Shown here one piece after another: positions 14,272 through 27,179 of a stretch of 64,000 bases of DNA. Each line of letters begins with the position of its first letter. The first letter of the stretch is position 1. The translations under genes and the position numbers were made by a program. The stretch spans positions 1,241,904 through 1,305,903 of the forward strand of contig NMRA01000044.1 in the NCBI GenBank assembly GCA_002633005.1. The letters are read 5' to 3'. The notes beneath the pieces are model-generated. The model was not told where the DNA came from, did no database searches, and saw only the letters and a program-made list of their open reading frames with translations. The DNA is from Phoronis australis. Its lineage: Eukaryota > Animalia > Phoronida.

Positions 14272-14494
14272 GTCCTGTTGTGGATCATTCTCTCTTGCTA
14301 CGGCAAGTCACGATAAAACACGAGAAGAGAAACAAATCGTAACGTTCGTCAAGCTGCACCAACTAGTAAGTGAACCGAAGCACAAAACACGTGTTGAGAT
14401 GTCAACAAAGCATCTGACAAGAAACCGTATTAAATAATTTAGATTCGCTAGCATAGTATCTGTATAAAAATGAGACCATGAACAGTGATAAGAT

Positions 14495-14792
14495 ACTCAA
14501 ACCTAGGTCGAGAAAAATCTAGCCAAAATCACGTGCTCTTTTTGAAAATACACGGCGATATGACCGACGCGCAATATCTTGTTTTTTTAGCGAGACACAA
14601 GGTAGTATTGAACTCTACCCTGTTCTGTGTTGCCTAAAGCAACTGCGTAGAGCTCATAAGCTGTCTCAGGACAAGAAAATCAACCCAAAATCTCGTGTTC
14701 TCATTTAAAATACACGACGATATCTCACGTAATCTCGCGAACTCTTGCTTTTTTGGCGTACAAAGGTCCTAGCGTTACTGAACTCTACCCTG
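14495..14792. mobile_element. Two tandem copies of a ~140-bp MITE (GGGTAGAGTTCA...TGAACTCTACCCTG family)
   Basis: The motif aaaatctagccaaaatcacgtg...aaaatacacg...gtcctagcgttactgaactctaccctg is repeated. The same family occurs at ~1130-1195, 17400-17564, 18480-18750, 18905-19040, 28290-28520, 29330-29570 and 63447-63585. Confidence 0.7.
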
Positions 14793-14914
14793 GTCTGCAC
14801 TCATATTTTTATTATTTGCAGTGGGTCTGTAACACGTTGTACAAAACCTGTGCAGGCCGCGGGTGTGGGCCCATTGCACTTATCACTTGGAACTATTTTT
14901 ATGCTTTATTGATA

Positions 14915-15045
14915 TATAGTTAAAACCGAGCTGAGGAGCTAGAAACCTGACTCAAGGCTCTAACAGTGTGGCCCAGTAGGACTCGAACCCTAGTTTGCTG
15001 ACTTGGTCTAATAGTTCGTTGAGGCACATTCCGCTACCTCCGCTG
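14915..15045 (-). mobile_element. tRNA-derived SINE fragment
   Basis: The minus strand carries a B-box-like GGTTCGAGTCC followed by cacactgttagagccttgagtcagg. A homologous copy is at 58085-58202. Confidence 0.5.
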
Positions 15046-17400
15046 CGGAAATGTATCAACGAACTGATAGCTCCAAATAAAGGACCTGTGTTTTACATTT
15101 CATCCATTTTTGCATGTCACAAACTACCTTCAATCCTTGGGGGCCTTTTTGCGCGTAATGCGGGGTAAAGGATACGCTATCTGGCGTCGCACAATCAAAA
15201 TTCAGATTTTAACGCTTAGAAAATTAAGAAAGTGGGCGGTACCCGAAAAAATACCTAATGATGAAACAATACTCGCGACAGCACCAATTTCGCCACCTAC
15301 CTTTCATTTCTTTCGTTTGCTCACCCGAAGCGACACATGTGAAAATGCTCACCCGTGACGATTCCTGAAAGAGCACAATACTCGCCCCCTTTGCGACAAC
15401 GTCACTAACAATCCCGCCAATGGAAGACCCTCGATTTCTCTTCGCTTATCAGCGTTGGTGGGTGATATGGAAGACAGTCGTGGTCATAAGGAGAACACGG
15501 ACGAGAAGATGAGAATGTGTTGTGCGACAAAATGTGTTAGATGTTGACGGCGCACTCGATGTGTATTGTCACCCGGGCGACAATATGTGGCGAGCACGAC
15601 TTTTGGTTCCAAACCTGTTTAATCAGTGCAAACCGGTGACCGTAAAGTCTGGAATTACCTCACGTGATGTCTATAGGATTATGGACGTTTAGTTCATATT
15701 CTATTAACCTAATCAGTTTGTTTTACTGCCCGCACAACAACGTTAATTCAGGTGAATACATGCGTTGTCATCATATAATGCACCGGCAGGCGTGTGATGA
15801 GCCGCAAAAAGTCGATCAGTGTTATTAGGCTATATTACGAAGTGGTTACGTTCAAGTGATTTCTTATTATACAAGTACTTTCAGAACAACACGAGGCATG
15901 ACGTACACTAAGAAATTGAATGATTCGCATTAAAGCTCATTTACGGTCATAAAATATAAACCCGTATCATTACTCCCTGTTCTGATGACAGAATTGTTTT
16001 AATTAATAATTTGCTCTTATTAAAACATGCAACTTTCTTCATTTCTTCAAGGACCAATGGACCCACACCTTCTGACAAAATCCAGCTTTTCAGTTAGGTC
16101 ACGTGGTCTCATCTCTTTCCTTTCTCAGACAAGACATGATTTCATAGGCTTGAGAAGAACATTTCGTTATCACACCAGACCAGGCCTTTGGCTTGTCATG
16201 GTGAATTCATTTCAGTCGCAAAGGCAATGCAGCCGTCAGAATTATTTTAGGCATTTTTGTAACCATTTTAAAAGCAAACAAAGGTTGAGACCGCTATTGC
16301 GTCGTTTGGAATAGCAAATACACTTGTGAACGAAAGCAGTGGCAGCGGAGGAATTCTTGGTGCAAAGCTGTATAATATACAGTTTTGAATCGATGTGGGT
16401 CAAAACTGGCCAATTCAAGTCTTATACAAAAATAACGCCTTTAAAAAAGTATATTTTCATTGAATTACGTAAACTAAACCAGTGTAAAAATATTTCCGCT
16501 CTACCGTAGTATTCTGCTACTAAATTTGTGGGTCGATAACATGCGTTGGCTTTCAGCGTCACTGGCATGCAAAAGAACATCGACTGGGACAAATTCTTCA
16601 GTCAACNACATAACAATCACGTGTTTTGTACACATACGCGCACGCCGCAGATCACATCTCGGAAATTGCCGATTTGACGGATGACAATGAATGAACACAA
16701 TGAAATTAACAACGTCGTTTTACAGCTTGTAAGATTCATAATAAAAGTATTTTGAATGTTGCAATGCATGTGTTCCAAAATCTAAATAATTTGGGTCCTA
16801 TATTTTTGTATTAGTGCGCCCGAATGAAAGTAATCGTGAGTGTTGCTGTGTTGCAAAATCTCTTATCCTGGGCAGATTTGAAAAATTCAAAGTTGTACTC
16901 ATATTTGTTTTCGCTCCCCTTTTCAAATATTACAGTAAAAACTACGTAAAACTCTCACCATAAAAAGTACAGTCTGCTAGCTAGATTGTAATCAGCTGAT
17001 CATATCCGCATGAGCGAAGCCAATTATCTTCGCTCGTGACTCGATGACTAGAGCAGCCTGGCGGCATCCCTTTGATCGTGAGCTGAGTGCGACTCAGCCA
17101 AGGTGGATAAATACGGTCTACTTCAATTTTCCATACCCCGACGTTTACCTTAACCACCGGGGTTAGAACCAATTTTATTTAGTGGGAATGTTCATAGCAT
17201 GACTGTTTTTCTTCCAAAAGGTTGTGTACAGTTCACACCAAGTTCTCAGGATGAGTTTCAATTCGTTATAATTAAGCTGTTAATATTTTATTACCAGCAA
17301 ACCGATTTTCTGAGCAAATTTTGCTTCGGCGAAGCTGTCATCTTCTCCCGAAAGATGTCGCAAAAATAGCAAATTGCGCGTGCGCGTTTCACGAGCATAC

Positions 17401-17564
17401 TGGGTAGAGTCAAAGACGATAACGGTCTCTGGTAGAGCTCAGTAACTCTAGGGCCTCGCTAAAAAGCAAGACTTCTCGACTTACGTGATATATTGCCGTG
17501 TATTTAAACACGTGGTTTTGGCTAGATTTTTAGTGAGGTATTAGCGTTTTTGAACTCTACCCTG
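17401..17564. mobile_element. MITE, GGGTAGAGTTCA family
   Basis: ggtagagctcagtaactctagggcctcgctaaaa ... ttttagtgaggtattagcgtttttgaactctaccctg form inverted ends. Confidence 0.7.
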
Positions 17565-18479
17565 TTAGCAGACATGGTAGACAACAACATTTCTTCGCTG
17601 CAAAAGCCAGAGAATGACGTAGGAAAATGACGTTTATGAGATTGCTTTCCAACGGGTATGGTGAGTATTGGTTGACTACCAGATTTTACAGGCATCCTCG
17701 CCAGTCGCGGTGAAAAGAAATGAAACGTAACTTCATATACTACTTACAAGTGTACCTAGATATCGGACGGACCTAAAATATCGGACTCCCTATTAAATCT
17801 TACCAGAGGCAACAGCTGAGCAAAAAATCACACCAATTTTTGGTTCCTTGCAATGCGCTATCAACGCTCGACACCGCATCATTTTTGTAACACTGTCTAG
17901 TTTTGATTTCGCAGAGAAAGGGTACAATTTAGACTCCTGGCCCAAAGTAGACTATATCATAAACCGGTTATAAAAGTTGAAATCAAAATCCTCCGTAATG
18001 AAAACGTCTGAATGAACCTGCATTGCACGTGCGCGTGTCAGGCCAAGTTGGCAGAGTTCAGATTGCACGTGCCTTGGTCGTCTGCACTGATTCATTGAAA
18101 TAACGCAATGCTGTGATCTTTTAACACTTCATAAATAATTGTATTGCTAACACAGCTATGTTCTTGCAGCAAATATATCAAAACACACGAGCTGCAATTT
18201 GGCGACAAAGTGACCGCGGACATTACATGTGTACTTGGTTTACCGCGATGCCGATGGTGTCCGATATTTGGTTCTCTGATGCCGATGGTTGTGTGACTTG
18301 TGTTCTTCACAGATCAGCCAAAATGTTAAAAGTTTCAGTAACAGAACAATTCCGTAAACGTAAGTCTTTAATTAATTATAGCATTTATAACAACCCGTAA
18401 GGCGTAATATTTTCAAGGAAATATTATGGACTGTGTCAAAACGTCCGATGTTAAGTCGCTTGAAAACAGGCGTGCGTTC

Positions 18480-19040
18480 AGTAGACGCTAGGACCTACGC
18501 TAGGACCTAAAACCTAGTCAAAGTCACGTGTTCTTATTTAAAATGCACGGTAATATCTCACGTAATCTCGCGAAGTCTTGCGTTTTAGCGAGGTCCTAGC
18601 GTTACTGAACGGGAGGCAGGATAGAATTTAGTAGGTGTCTCGCGACTAGAAAGTCACGTGATCTTATTTAAAATACACGACAATCTTATGTAATCTCGCG
18701 AAGTCATGCTTTTTAGCGAGGTCCTAGCGTAGCCAATACTCAACTCTTAAACAAAGCTGAAGGACAATCGCATGGTATAATTATAAAATCGCTCAAAAAA
18801 GTAGCAGCAGAATAAGGGAATAACGGTATTTTCAATACAGTGGGGCCCACTTAATGACATGCACTCGGTTCCGATGCAAATTATGACAGTATCCAGGGAA
18901 AAGTTTAATAACCCTAGGACCTTGCGACAAAAGCAAGACTTCACGAGATTACTCGAGGCATTGCCGTGTAAGTTCAGTTAGAACACGCGATTTTGGCTAA
19001 ATTTTTCTCGCCGTGAGACAGCTTTTGAACTCTACCCTCG
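18480..19040. mobile_element. Cluster of three GGGTAGAGTTCA-family MITE copies (two tandem, one inverted)
   Basis: Repeated aaagtcacgtg...aatctcgcgaagtc...ttttagcgaggtcctagcgt at 18520-18730, with a reverse copy at 18910-19038. Confidence 0.65.
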
Positions 19041-19215
19041 ATATTCTATTATCCAGTATGACATTAAGTGGATTTCACTAATCTGTAATACAGGAAGAGT
19101 GCAGTTTTCAAGGACATTAATTTGGGCCAGATTTTGTTCTCCAGTTTTTACTCACATCGTTCCAAAGCTGTATACTTGCACAGTCTTCAAACAAGGCTAT
19201 AGTGGTACCAGTTTA

Positions 19216-19640
19216 AGTAGCAGCGGTAGCAATAGCGACTACAGCAGCAGCAGGAGGAGGAGCAGCATCAGGAGCAGCAGCAGCAGCAGCAGCAACAGCG
19301 GCAGCAGCAGCAATAGTAGCGGTACTAGTTACTGTAGCAACAAAAGTAGAGGTACTTGATACAATTATAGCAGAAATATCAGTTGCAGAACCAGTTGCGG
19401 TTGCAGTAGCGGTAACAATTCCTTCAGCAGTGACAGCACTAGCGATACCAGTTGCTTCAGCAGTGACAACAGCAGCGGCAATAACAACAGTAGCCTCGTA
19501 GCAACACAGTAGGGAAAGTAGCTGCTGTAGTAGTAGTAGTAGCAGCAGCAGTAGCAGTAGCAGCAGCAGCAGCAGTGGCAGTAGTAGTAGCAGTAGTAGT
19601 AGCTGCAATAGCAGCAGCAGCAGCAGCAGTAGTAGCAGAA
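19216..19640. repeat. Degenerate (AGC/AGT)n trinucleotide microsatellite
   Basis: Directly visible. It generates spurious poly-S/L/A/T ORFs. Confidence 0.95.
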
Positions 19641-20542
19641 AGTAGAAAACGAGACAAAAGTCCATTGGAAAGGTAAGAACTAACAAAATTCGTGGAATGC
19701 ACAGTTTATAGCCCTGAACTGTCACCATACACCCTGAATCTTAGTAAAAGGTTCATATTCTCAAAAATTCGAGCCCCCATCTTTTAGGCTGGGTGCGCCC
19801 ATACATGGCAACACAATACAAAATCTAAACGTACACACTGCGGGTTATTGTGAATTAACCTCTGGTTGTTAAATTACAAGACTATTTCAAATCAGTAATT
19901 TCCAGTATAGAAGCGCGCGTAGATACTTGACGAGCAACAGGAGGGCACGGGAGACGAGAGTTAGTGGGCTTCCCCCGGCCAAATTTTCAGAATGTATTCG
20001 TGTCAACGTGAATTATGGTTCATGCCAGTCGTAGCCTGTTATGGTGTATAAGTTAAACTTACACTTCAAAAATTGCATGAATTTTGGTTTACAATTGGCA
20101 GTGTATGAACTATGAGCACCTAATCCGTTACACACGTATTCTGTTCAGCACTATCAAACACGATGCCTCTGACAGTCTGATCGACACAGCGAGTTTTGTA
20201 GGAACGATCTTCAAAGAAATACTATTCATAAGCTTCGTTGTGAAGAGTACTGTCTCATATTTTATCGTTATAAAACCATGTATAACATTTTCCTTGTGTA
20301 AATCGCAAAATAGTTGTCTTGAAGTTCGTCCATTTTTCGATTTCGGTCAATGCTATTTTGTTCTGTGGACTTCACGAGCAACTTGAATTTATTATGCTTC
20401 GCTAATGAATAGTTGTCTGTGCTGACAGTGTAGGACAGACAAAAGAGTATTTGACTCAGGCCTCCCTCCAAGAGAGGTCCCCGTTTGAGAAGGAGCCCCA
20501 TAATGTGAAGAGCATGCTATCTAAATTACTCCAATATGAACT

Positions 20543-20794
20543 GTGGCGGATCCAGGAATTTGAGTTAGGGCACAGGAATAACCAGAATTTCGACACATAC
20601 GCGTTCCCAGCCTAAAATGTAGGGATGCAGGGGTCTCCAATTTTTGGGTTTGCGGACCTTATTACTAAAAAAAACGGTAAACTGGGTTTATTCAAGGCCT
20701 ATACATTGTGCATTCACCCACCCGAGAGAAATGGTATCTGAGAGAATTTTAGGGGAGGCATGGCCCCCTTGCCCCCCCCCTAAATCCGCCGCTG
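20543..20794 (-). mobile_element. MITE, CAGTGGCGGATC family, reverse copy
   Basis: ctgtggcggatccagg ... ggcatggccccctt gccccccc taaatccgccgctg is the reverse complement of the ends of 2412-2563. Confidence 0.65.
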
Positions 20795-21484
20795 ATGAAA
20801 ACCTATATCGTGAGTAAAAGTGACTGTTGATTCCGTCTTCGGGCCACCTTCCTTAACAAAAACAAGAAAAGAGAAGCAATTGATTTCATTGTTGTGAGTG
20901 ATCCCTTAACCAATCGTAAAACTAAGAAAAAAGCAGAAACATGGTATCCATGGATGCCATCAGCGAGCCCCCTCCAAGAGTTAGTGTTTACATCAAATGA
21001 TATCGAATTTTAAAGAAACGGGAAAAGAACGACAAACGGTTGCAATGCCGCTTACCAGAGAGGGTTCCTAGAGAGATACAGCTTTACTTTCCCAAAAATT
21101 TGTCTTCTTAAATTTAAAAATCTGAACCAATTCGATCTTTAAAATATGTGCATAAGTTTTCTCGCACTTTTCGGAGTTTGTATGAATCCATTCTGCAATT
21201 TCTAAATGGATAACCCTAACAAAATTGGGACCGCACCCCCAAAAAATTACTTTAAAACGGGTAGTTGACAACCGTTTTCTTTTTTTCTGTCTCTTCTATA
21301 TGTTTCGCTGTATCTTGAGTTCTTTTCTCGACTGCAACTGATACCCTGCTGCTCTCATTTCCTTCGCTACCAAGGTTTCGTCCTCAAGCCTACTAATTAT
21401 TGAGGAACACGTACGGTCGCTTCCTACGTCGCTGTTCAGTTGGGGTGCTGCCTCCCAACTTCATAAGGTGAAGGCACTTGTCTC

Positions 21485-22612
21485 CCCTCCCCCCCCCCCC
21501 CCCCCCCCCCCCCCNNNNNNNNNNNNNNNNNNNNNNNNNNNNNNNNNNNNNNNNNNNNNNNNNNNNNNNNNNNNNNNNNNNNNNNNNNNNNNNNNNNNNN
21601 NNNNNNNNNNNNNNNNNNNNNNNNNNNNNNNNNNNNNNNNNNNNNNNNNNNNNNNNNNNNNNNNNNNNNNNNNNNNNNNNNNNNNNNNNNNNNNNNNNNN
21701 NNNNNNNNNNNNNNNNNNNNNNNNNNNNNNNNNNNNNNNNNNNNNNNNNNNNNNNNNNNNNNNNNNNNNNNNNNNNNNNNNNNNNNNNNNNNNNNNNNNN
21801 NNNNNNNNNNNNNNNNNNNNNNNNNNNNNNNNNNNNNNNNNNNNNNNNNNNNNNNNNNNNNNNNNNNNNNNNNNNNNNNNNNNNNNNNNNNNNNNNNNNN
21901 NNNNNNNNNNNNNNNNNNNNNNNNNNNNNNNNNNNNNNNNNNNNNNNNNNNNNNNNNNNNNNNNNNNNNNNNNNNNNNNNNNNNNNNNNNNNNNNNNNNN
22001 NNNNNNNNNNNNNNNNNNNNNNNNNNNNNNNNNNNNNNNNNNNNNNNNNNNNNNNNNNNNNNNNNNNNNNNNNNNNNNNNNNNNNNNNNNNNNNNNNNNN
22101 NNNNNNNNNNNNNNNNNNNNNNNNNNNNNNNNNNNNNNNNNNNNNNNNNNNNNNNNNNNNNNNNNNNNNNNNNNNNNNNNNNNNNNNNNNNNNNNNNNNN
22201 NNNNNNNNNNNNNNNNNNNNNNNNNNNNNNNNNNNNNNNNNNNNNNNNNNNNNNNNNNNNNNNNNNNNNNNNNNNNNNNNNNNNNNNNNNNNNNNNNNNN
22301 NNNNNNNNNNNNNNNNNNNNNNNNNNNNNNNNNNNNNNNNNNNNNNNNNNNNNNNNNNNNNNNNNNNNNNNNNNNNNNNNNNNNNNNNNNNNNNNNNNNN
22401 NNNNNNNNNNNNNNNNNNNNNNNNNNNNNNNNNNNNNNNNNNNNNNNNNNNNNNNNNNNNNNNNNNNNNNNNNNNNNNNNNNNNNNNNNNNNNNNNNNNN
22501 NNNNNNNNACACATCACACACACACACACACACACACCACACGCATACATACATACATACATACATACATACGCACATACATACACGCATACATACAATA
22601 GCATACATATAT
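21485..22612. repeat. Poly-C tract, ~1-kb assembly gap and (CA)n/(CATA)n microsatellite
   Basis: Directly visible. Confidence 0.95.
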
Positions 22613-23653
22613 AGCAGTAATAAAAGTACGCAGATTCTAGAAATGGCAACTCTCGCCGGATTAAAAATCTATTGATTCTAGCTAATTAAGACGCCAACTG
22701 TACATCACGGCACATGTACCTAAAGACCTAAGGGGCAAGGTTAAAATCAGGGACCATACAAAACTAGGTTAGTCCTGAGTGCTTATGTCGATACGACGTA
22801 CAGCATACAGAAATAACACGGGGCGAGAGAACATTGGCCTAAAAGCTGTTCCCCTGGCTACCTGTCACCTCCTTTCCCGGTAGCCACCATTTTTGCTCTA
22901 GAAATCACCATTTTTCACCGATTCTATAACATTTGGTGTATCAGTTGCCAAATACGAGGGACACACCTCTGTGCATGTATGTCAGCGCGCGATTTGGCGC
23001 CCCGCAGGTCGTCAATGCAACCGCAGCGTTTGGCGACCTGGGAAAATTCCAAGTTGCCACGAAGTCATCACTGCGAGTATCAGTCAGACAATAATTCTCT
23101 CTAAATTCGTTTCAAAGTTCTTGTTCTCTTCCACACTTTAATTACTAACAGTTTTCTAAGATTTATTAATTTTGATTTACAATTGTTCCGTGTATTTCTT
23201 AAAATCAGCGCATTTGCCACCTCGTTTAATTTACACGATGAAGTAGAGGGCGAAACTGTTCGGCAAAAACCGGGCAAAATTCGCGCCACTAGCCCATGAA
23301 GTCACCTGCGTTCTAAGTTCGTTCGCCGGTGGGCGGATGGAGTTAAAGAATTGATTTAGGAGTCCGCCCGAGATTTCAGTTTTGGCAACGTGGGATATTT
23401 GCCAGGTCTCCAAATGCGACTTGGCGTTTAGGCCAACTAATTAGCGTGCCTACTTGGTTTAGCTAGTCGTCGAGTGCTGTACGTATTCATGTAAAAATTT
23501 TCCAGAGGCACACAATAAAATTCGAAAATTAAAATTAATGGTCTCGCTACTAGTTCTGAAACGCTAGCAAAATGTTGCATCACCTATGAATCAATTTATA
23601 CAACTTTTCACAAGAACACTCAATGTTGTGTTTGATATGCTGTCCTTCCATTC

Positions 23654-23810
23654 CAGTGGCGAACTTAGGGGCGGGGGGCAAGAGGGCAATGCTCCCCTGA
23701 AATTCTCCAATATTCCATTTGGCAAAAGTCGGGGGTGTGAATGTCTGACGGGTAAAATCCTGGCTAAAACTCTGTCCTACCCCCCAATTCAAAATCCTGG
23801 ATCTGCTCCT
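23654..23810 (+). mobile_element. MITE, CAGTGGCGGATC family
   Basis: Colinear with 2412-2563 (tgtctgacggg.aaaatcctggctaa...caaaatcctggatc). Confidence 0.7.
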
Positions 23811-24142
23811 ACATCCTGCCATTGACAAAATAAAGCGCATTGTAAAGACGTGCCCTAATGTAGGAAAAGTATTGCAAGATGTAGACAAGTTTCCACACAA
23901 TTGCGTCCTCTTGTCGACGATTAACATCGCAAAATGCCAGAGTGCTTAATGATAACTACACTAAACGAATCGCCATTGGTGAAAACAATTACATTCTGAT
24001 GCCGGTGCAAATAAAAGCAAAAAACAACATGACTAGACGCTATTTATGCCTATAAGTATGATAGAGTTAGAAATTTGGGAACAGGGTGCAATTGGCACTT
24101 GTGTGGTCAGGGGAGAGGTGTGCATGGGTATTAGCTACAGTA

Positions 24143-24268
24143 CCATGGGCGCCGCAGCACTGAAAAAAGTGGGGGCCCATAGCCCACAGCCCCCTTGTGG
24201 TGCACCGCCCATAGGCCATGCCGCGGCGCAGCAATGAAAAAAGTAGGGCTATAGCCCCCCAGCCCTTA
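24143..24268 (+). mobile_element. Doublet of ~70-bp mini-MITEs (CATGGGCGGCGCA TIR)
   Basis: catgggcgccgcagcactgaaaaaagtggggg...gtgcaccgcccata followed by a second copy. A reverse doublet lies at 63757-63900. Confidence 0.6.
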
Positions 24269-25340
24269 TCGTTGTCGTAATTGCAGCCGTAGTGATCTGA
24301 TTTTAGTTAATATCAACATGTTTGGAAAACACATTCAAGTCAACTGAATCGCACACCGTCTTTGATTCGGGACCAATATCAAATATGAGAATGTAAAACT
24401 ACTGTCTGTGTTATTCCTCTGCTTTTTGACAATAATCCGAAGTCCTGATGATGATTGTTTAACAGTCGAAACGTCTACTATCAGCATTTCTGTGTTCTCA
24501 TTATTATTTTTCCTGAAAGCATGGTTGCTACAAAGCGACAAAACTACCTTGGTGCTTCGATGAGTGCGCATGCGTGCTTACAGTTTGTACATTTTCGAGA
24601 AACAGACGTCCATATTTTAAAAAATAATGATCGCGTTTAGGAAATTCAACAACCTGGCGTAAGACTTCTTGATGTACGAATGAAAACGCCTCACGGAGCC
24701 GGAGAGGTGTATCGCGTCGACTAACCGACGTAATGGCTGTGGAGAGTTTTTTTCAGCGTGGTACTTGCGTGTTGACGACGTTGTACGTGTTTTGAAATCT
24801 GAATACTTTATGACCTGAAGTTAGTGATCAACTCTTGTTTATTCTATGTCCATATTGTAATGCTTCCGGGTTGACATGACGTTCTGTTTTCTTTCATCAA
24901 ATATTGAACAGAAATTAACTGGAACATGTCTTTGCTATCAGGCGACCATTTATATAGAACGCAGATTCAGTAATGTTAGCCAAACACAAGTTCTGACCTT
25001 GGTAAGGTCACAAACACAGGTTTGATCGCCGAGTACTTTTCCGATTTTGTATGAAAACCTCAAAACCATCCGTCAAAACTGAGCGTTATTAACTATACAC
25101 TAAGACTGACCTAAAATAATCGAGGGATAACGTTGATGCGTTCCACGGTAGACGGGAGAAACCCATGGAAAACAAGATCAGCAAGCGGAGGACCAGGCAC
25201 GCGAGTGGAAGGTGTTTCGTGGGTGTGCTCCAAACCTTGTTACTAGCGCACTCAAAATGATCCGTGAGATTGGAATGATGAGTTATAGGTTACAAGTCAG
25301 TTTCCATTCCATAAGTGACCGTTTCTAGGTGCATTGCGAT

Positions 25341-25460
25341 TTTTTGGGGAATGCACCTCTGTATTTCTTCAATATTTGTACGGTTTGAATAAAATTTCGT
25401 ATTTTTGGAATGCACCTCTGTATTTCTTCAGTATTTGTACGGTTTGAATAAAATTACGTA
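25341..25460. repeat. Tandem duplication of ~59 bp
   Basis: ggaatgcacctctgtatttcttca.tatttgtacggtttgaataaaatt.cgta occurs twice. Confidence 0.9.
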
Positions 25461-27179
25461 AACGTGGGGGTAATTGAGTTTTGATTTGCAGAGATACAGG
25501 ACAGTCACGTTGTGATGACGTAATTCGACACTAAAACAAAGAATTTCCAGTGTACACGAACACGTACTTGTCCAGTGAGACAAATTAAGCTGTACTGAGC
25601 TTGTTACTGGGATGAAATGTCCCATGAGCATGATGTTAGACAGACGTTCCATAAACATTTAATTGTGGACCTTATAACAAAAATAATGATTTATCACCCG
25701 TTGCCTTCTGAGTGTCAAGGACAACATTTTTTGATAGCCTTTAGTTAGCAGACCCAGTGTTGTGCTGTCGATGCCAAAATCATGCAGGTGTCGTCCAGTG
25801 CTGTGGTGATAAGTTAGAGGCATACATGTATATACGCCCGAAGCCCAGCGTATCACCTTGTATGCATACGCCTCATTGTACCTCAATTTACGGCACGTTT
25901 ATACATTGAAAATGAAACAGGTGGTGTACTGCGTCCAAGTGCGTGTACGACCCTCTACACCTCTGGTGTCATCAGTTATCATGTAACAAGTTCTTCACGG
26001 GTGTTCGCAGGACGCCTGCGTATACGCGCTTGACAATCCAAGTGACATAATTTTTGATCTTATATGCAAGTCGTGACTTCTGCCGAACGCTCGTAGTCGA
26101 ATTAACAAATAACATTGGATTTCAGTCTCAATAGTGCACCATTGGGGAAAATAAGCCCATTCAGTACTTGCACGAATTCGACGTTATGCTTGAAAACGAG
26201 GTTTGGTGTCCTAACCACTGTTGATTTGGAACACGCGCGCGTTCACGTTTGCGCTGTTAAAGTCGGTGCTAAAATGAGGAAGTATGTCTTAAACAACAAT
26301 GCACAACAATCGTTTTTACTGCGCCACCAATGTGTGGAAGCAGTGAATGTGCGGGAAAGATGCACTGTTATTTAGTCGAGGTTATGGCGCCATGGTTTCC
26401 TGCTCGGACCACTAGTTTGTCAGTTCGAGTTTCCTGTAATCTCCTTCATCGGCGAAGTTGGATTCATTTTTCTCGTCACACGTCGTTTCAAGAACGTACT
26501 TTTTGTGTGCAGTTCTTAATTGCACAATCTAAGGTATACACTTCAGAACCGGGGCTGTAAAGTTCTTTGTAGCGATTCTATTGAAAGATGTTTCGATGCC
26601 ATTAACGTTGACGCCAATGACAAAATAGCCGAGCTTCCAGTCAATAATATACAAAGCTTATACGACAAACAAAAGAGTTTGACGTCTGCTTTTTTTAAAA
26701 TGGCCGGACTCACAGACAAAATAGAACAGGAAAAGCCTCTGAACAAGACATCAGATATCTGACAAGAAAACTAAATACCCGACATTTCTGCGAAGTAATT
26801 GAAAGCAACGTACCTGCCAGGTTACTCCTTCGGCGTATCACTTACTTCGTACATTGTACGAATATTTTAACATCGCTCACATGATGGTTAAATACACACG
26901 GGCGCTTACATTTCATTCTTCACATACTGGCTATGTGCTGTTGTGTAGTAGCGTAGCAATGAAATATAAAAACACGTCCCCATGGTCGTCGACTGAAGAT
27001 TATCAATAATGCGGGAGCCGTTATGTTAAATAACGGATTAATTCAAGCTGAGCAGAATTATGAATACATTTGGCGCGACAAATAGTAATGAAAAAATAAA
27101 TAAGCCAGCAGTTGTTTATTTGACCACCTGACTTACGAGTTTTATGTCTGGTAATATTACCAATGCCTGCTGTTCCTGT

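Noticed and set aside
14960-15045. Possible tRNA gene (GGTTCGAGTCC), also at ~58140
   Set aside because: No closable cloverleaf, and both copies share a non-tRNA downstream body, so they were treated as SINEs.
19099-19728. Poly-Ser/Leu/Ala/Thr ORFs resembling a mucin or signal-peptide protein
   Set aside because: Produced by an AGC/AGT trinucleotide microsatellite, with no splice or homology support.
21393-22649. Long ORFs of 377-418 aa on both strands
   Set aside because: They run through an N gap flanked by poly-C and CA/CATA microsatellites.
24660-26760. CpG-rich stretch with short ATG-initiated frames and donor-like sites (possible gene 5' end, e.g. an NPAT-like neighbour of ATM)
   Set aside because: No recognisable protein motif and no consistent exon chain could be built.
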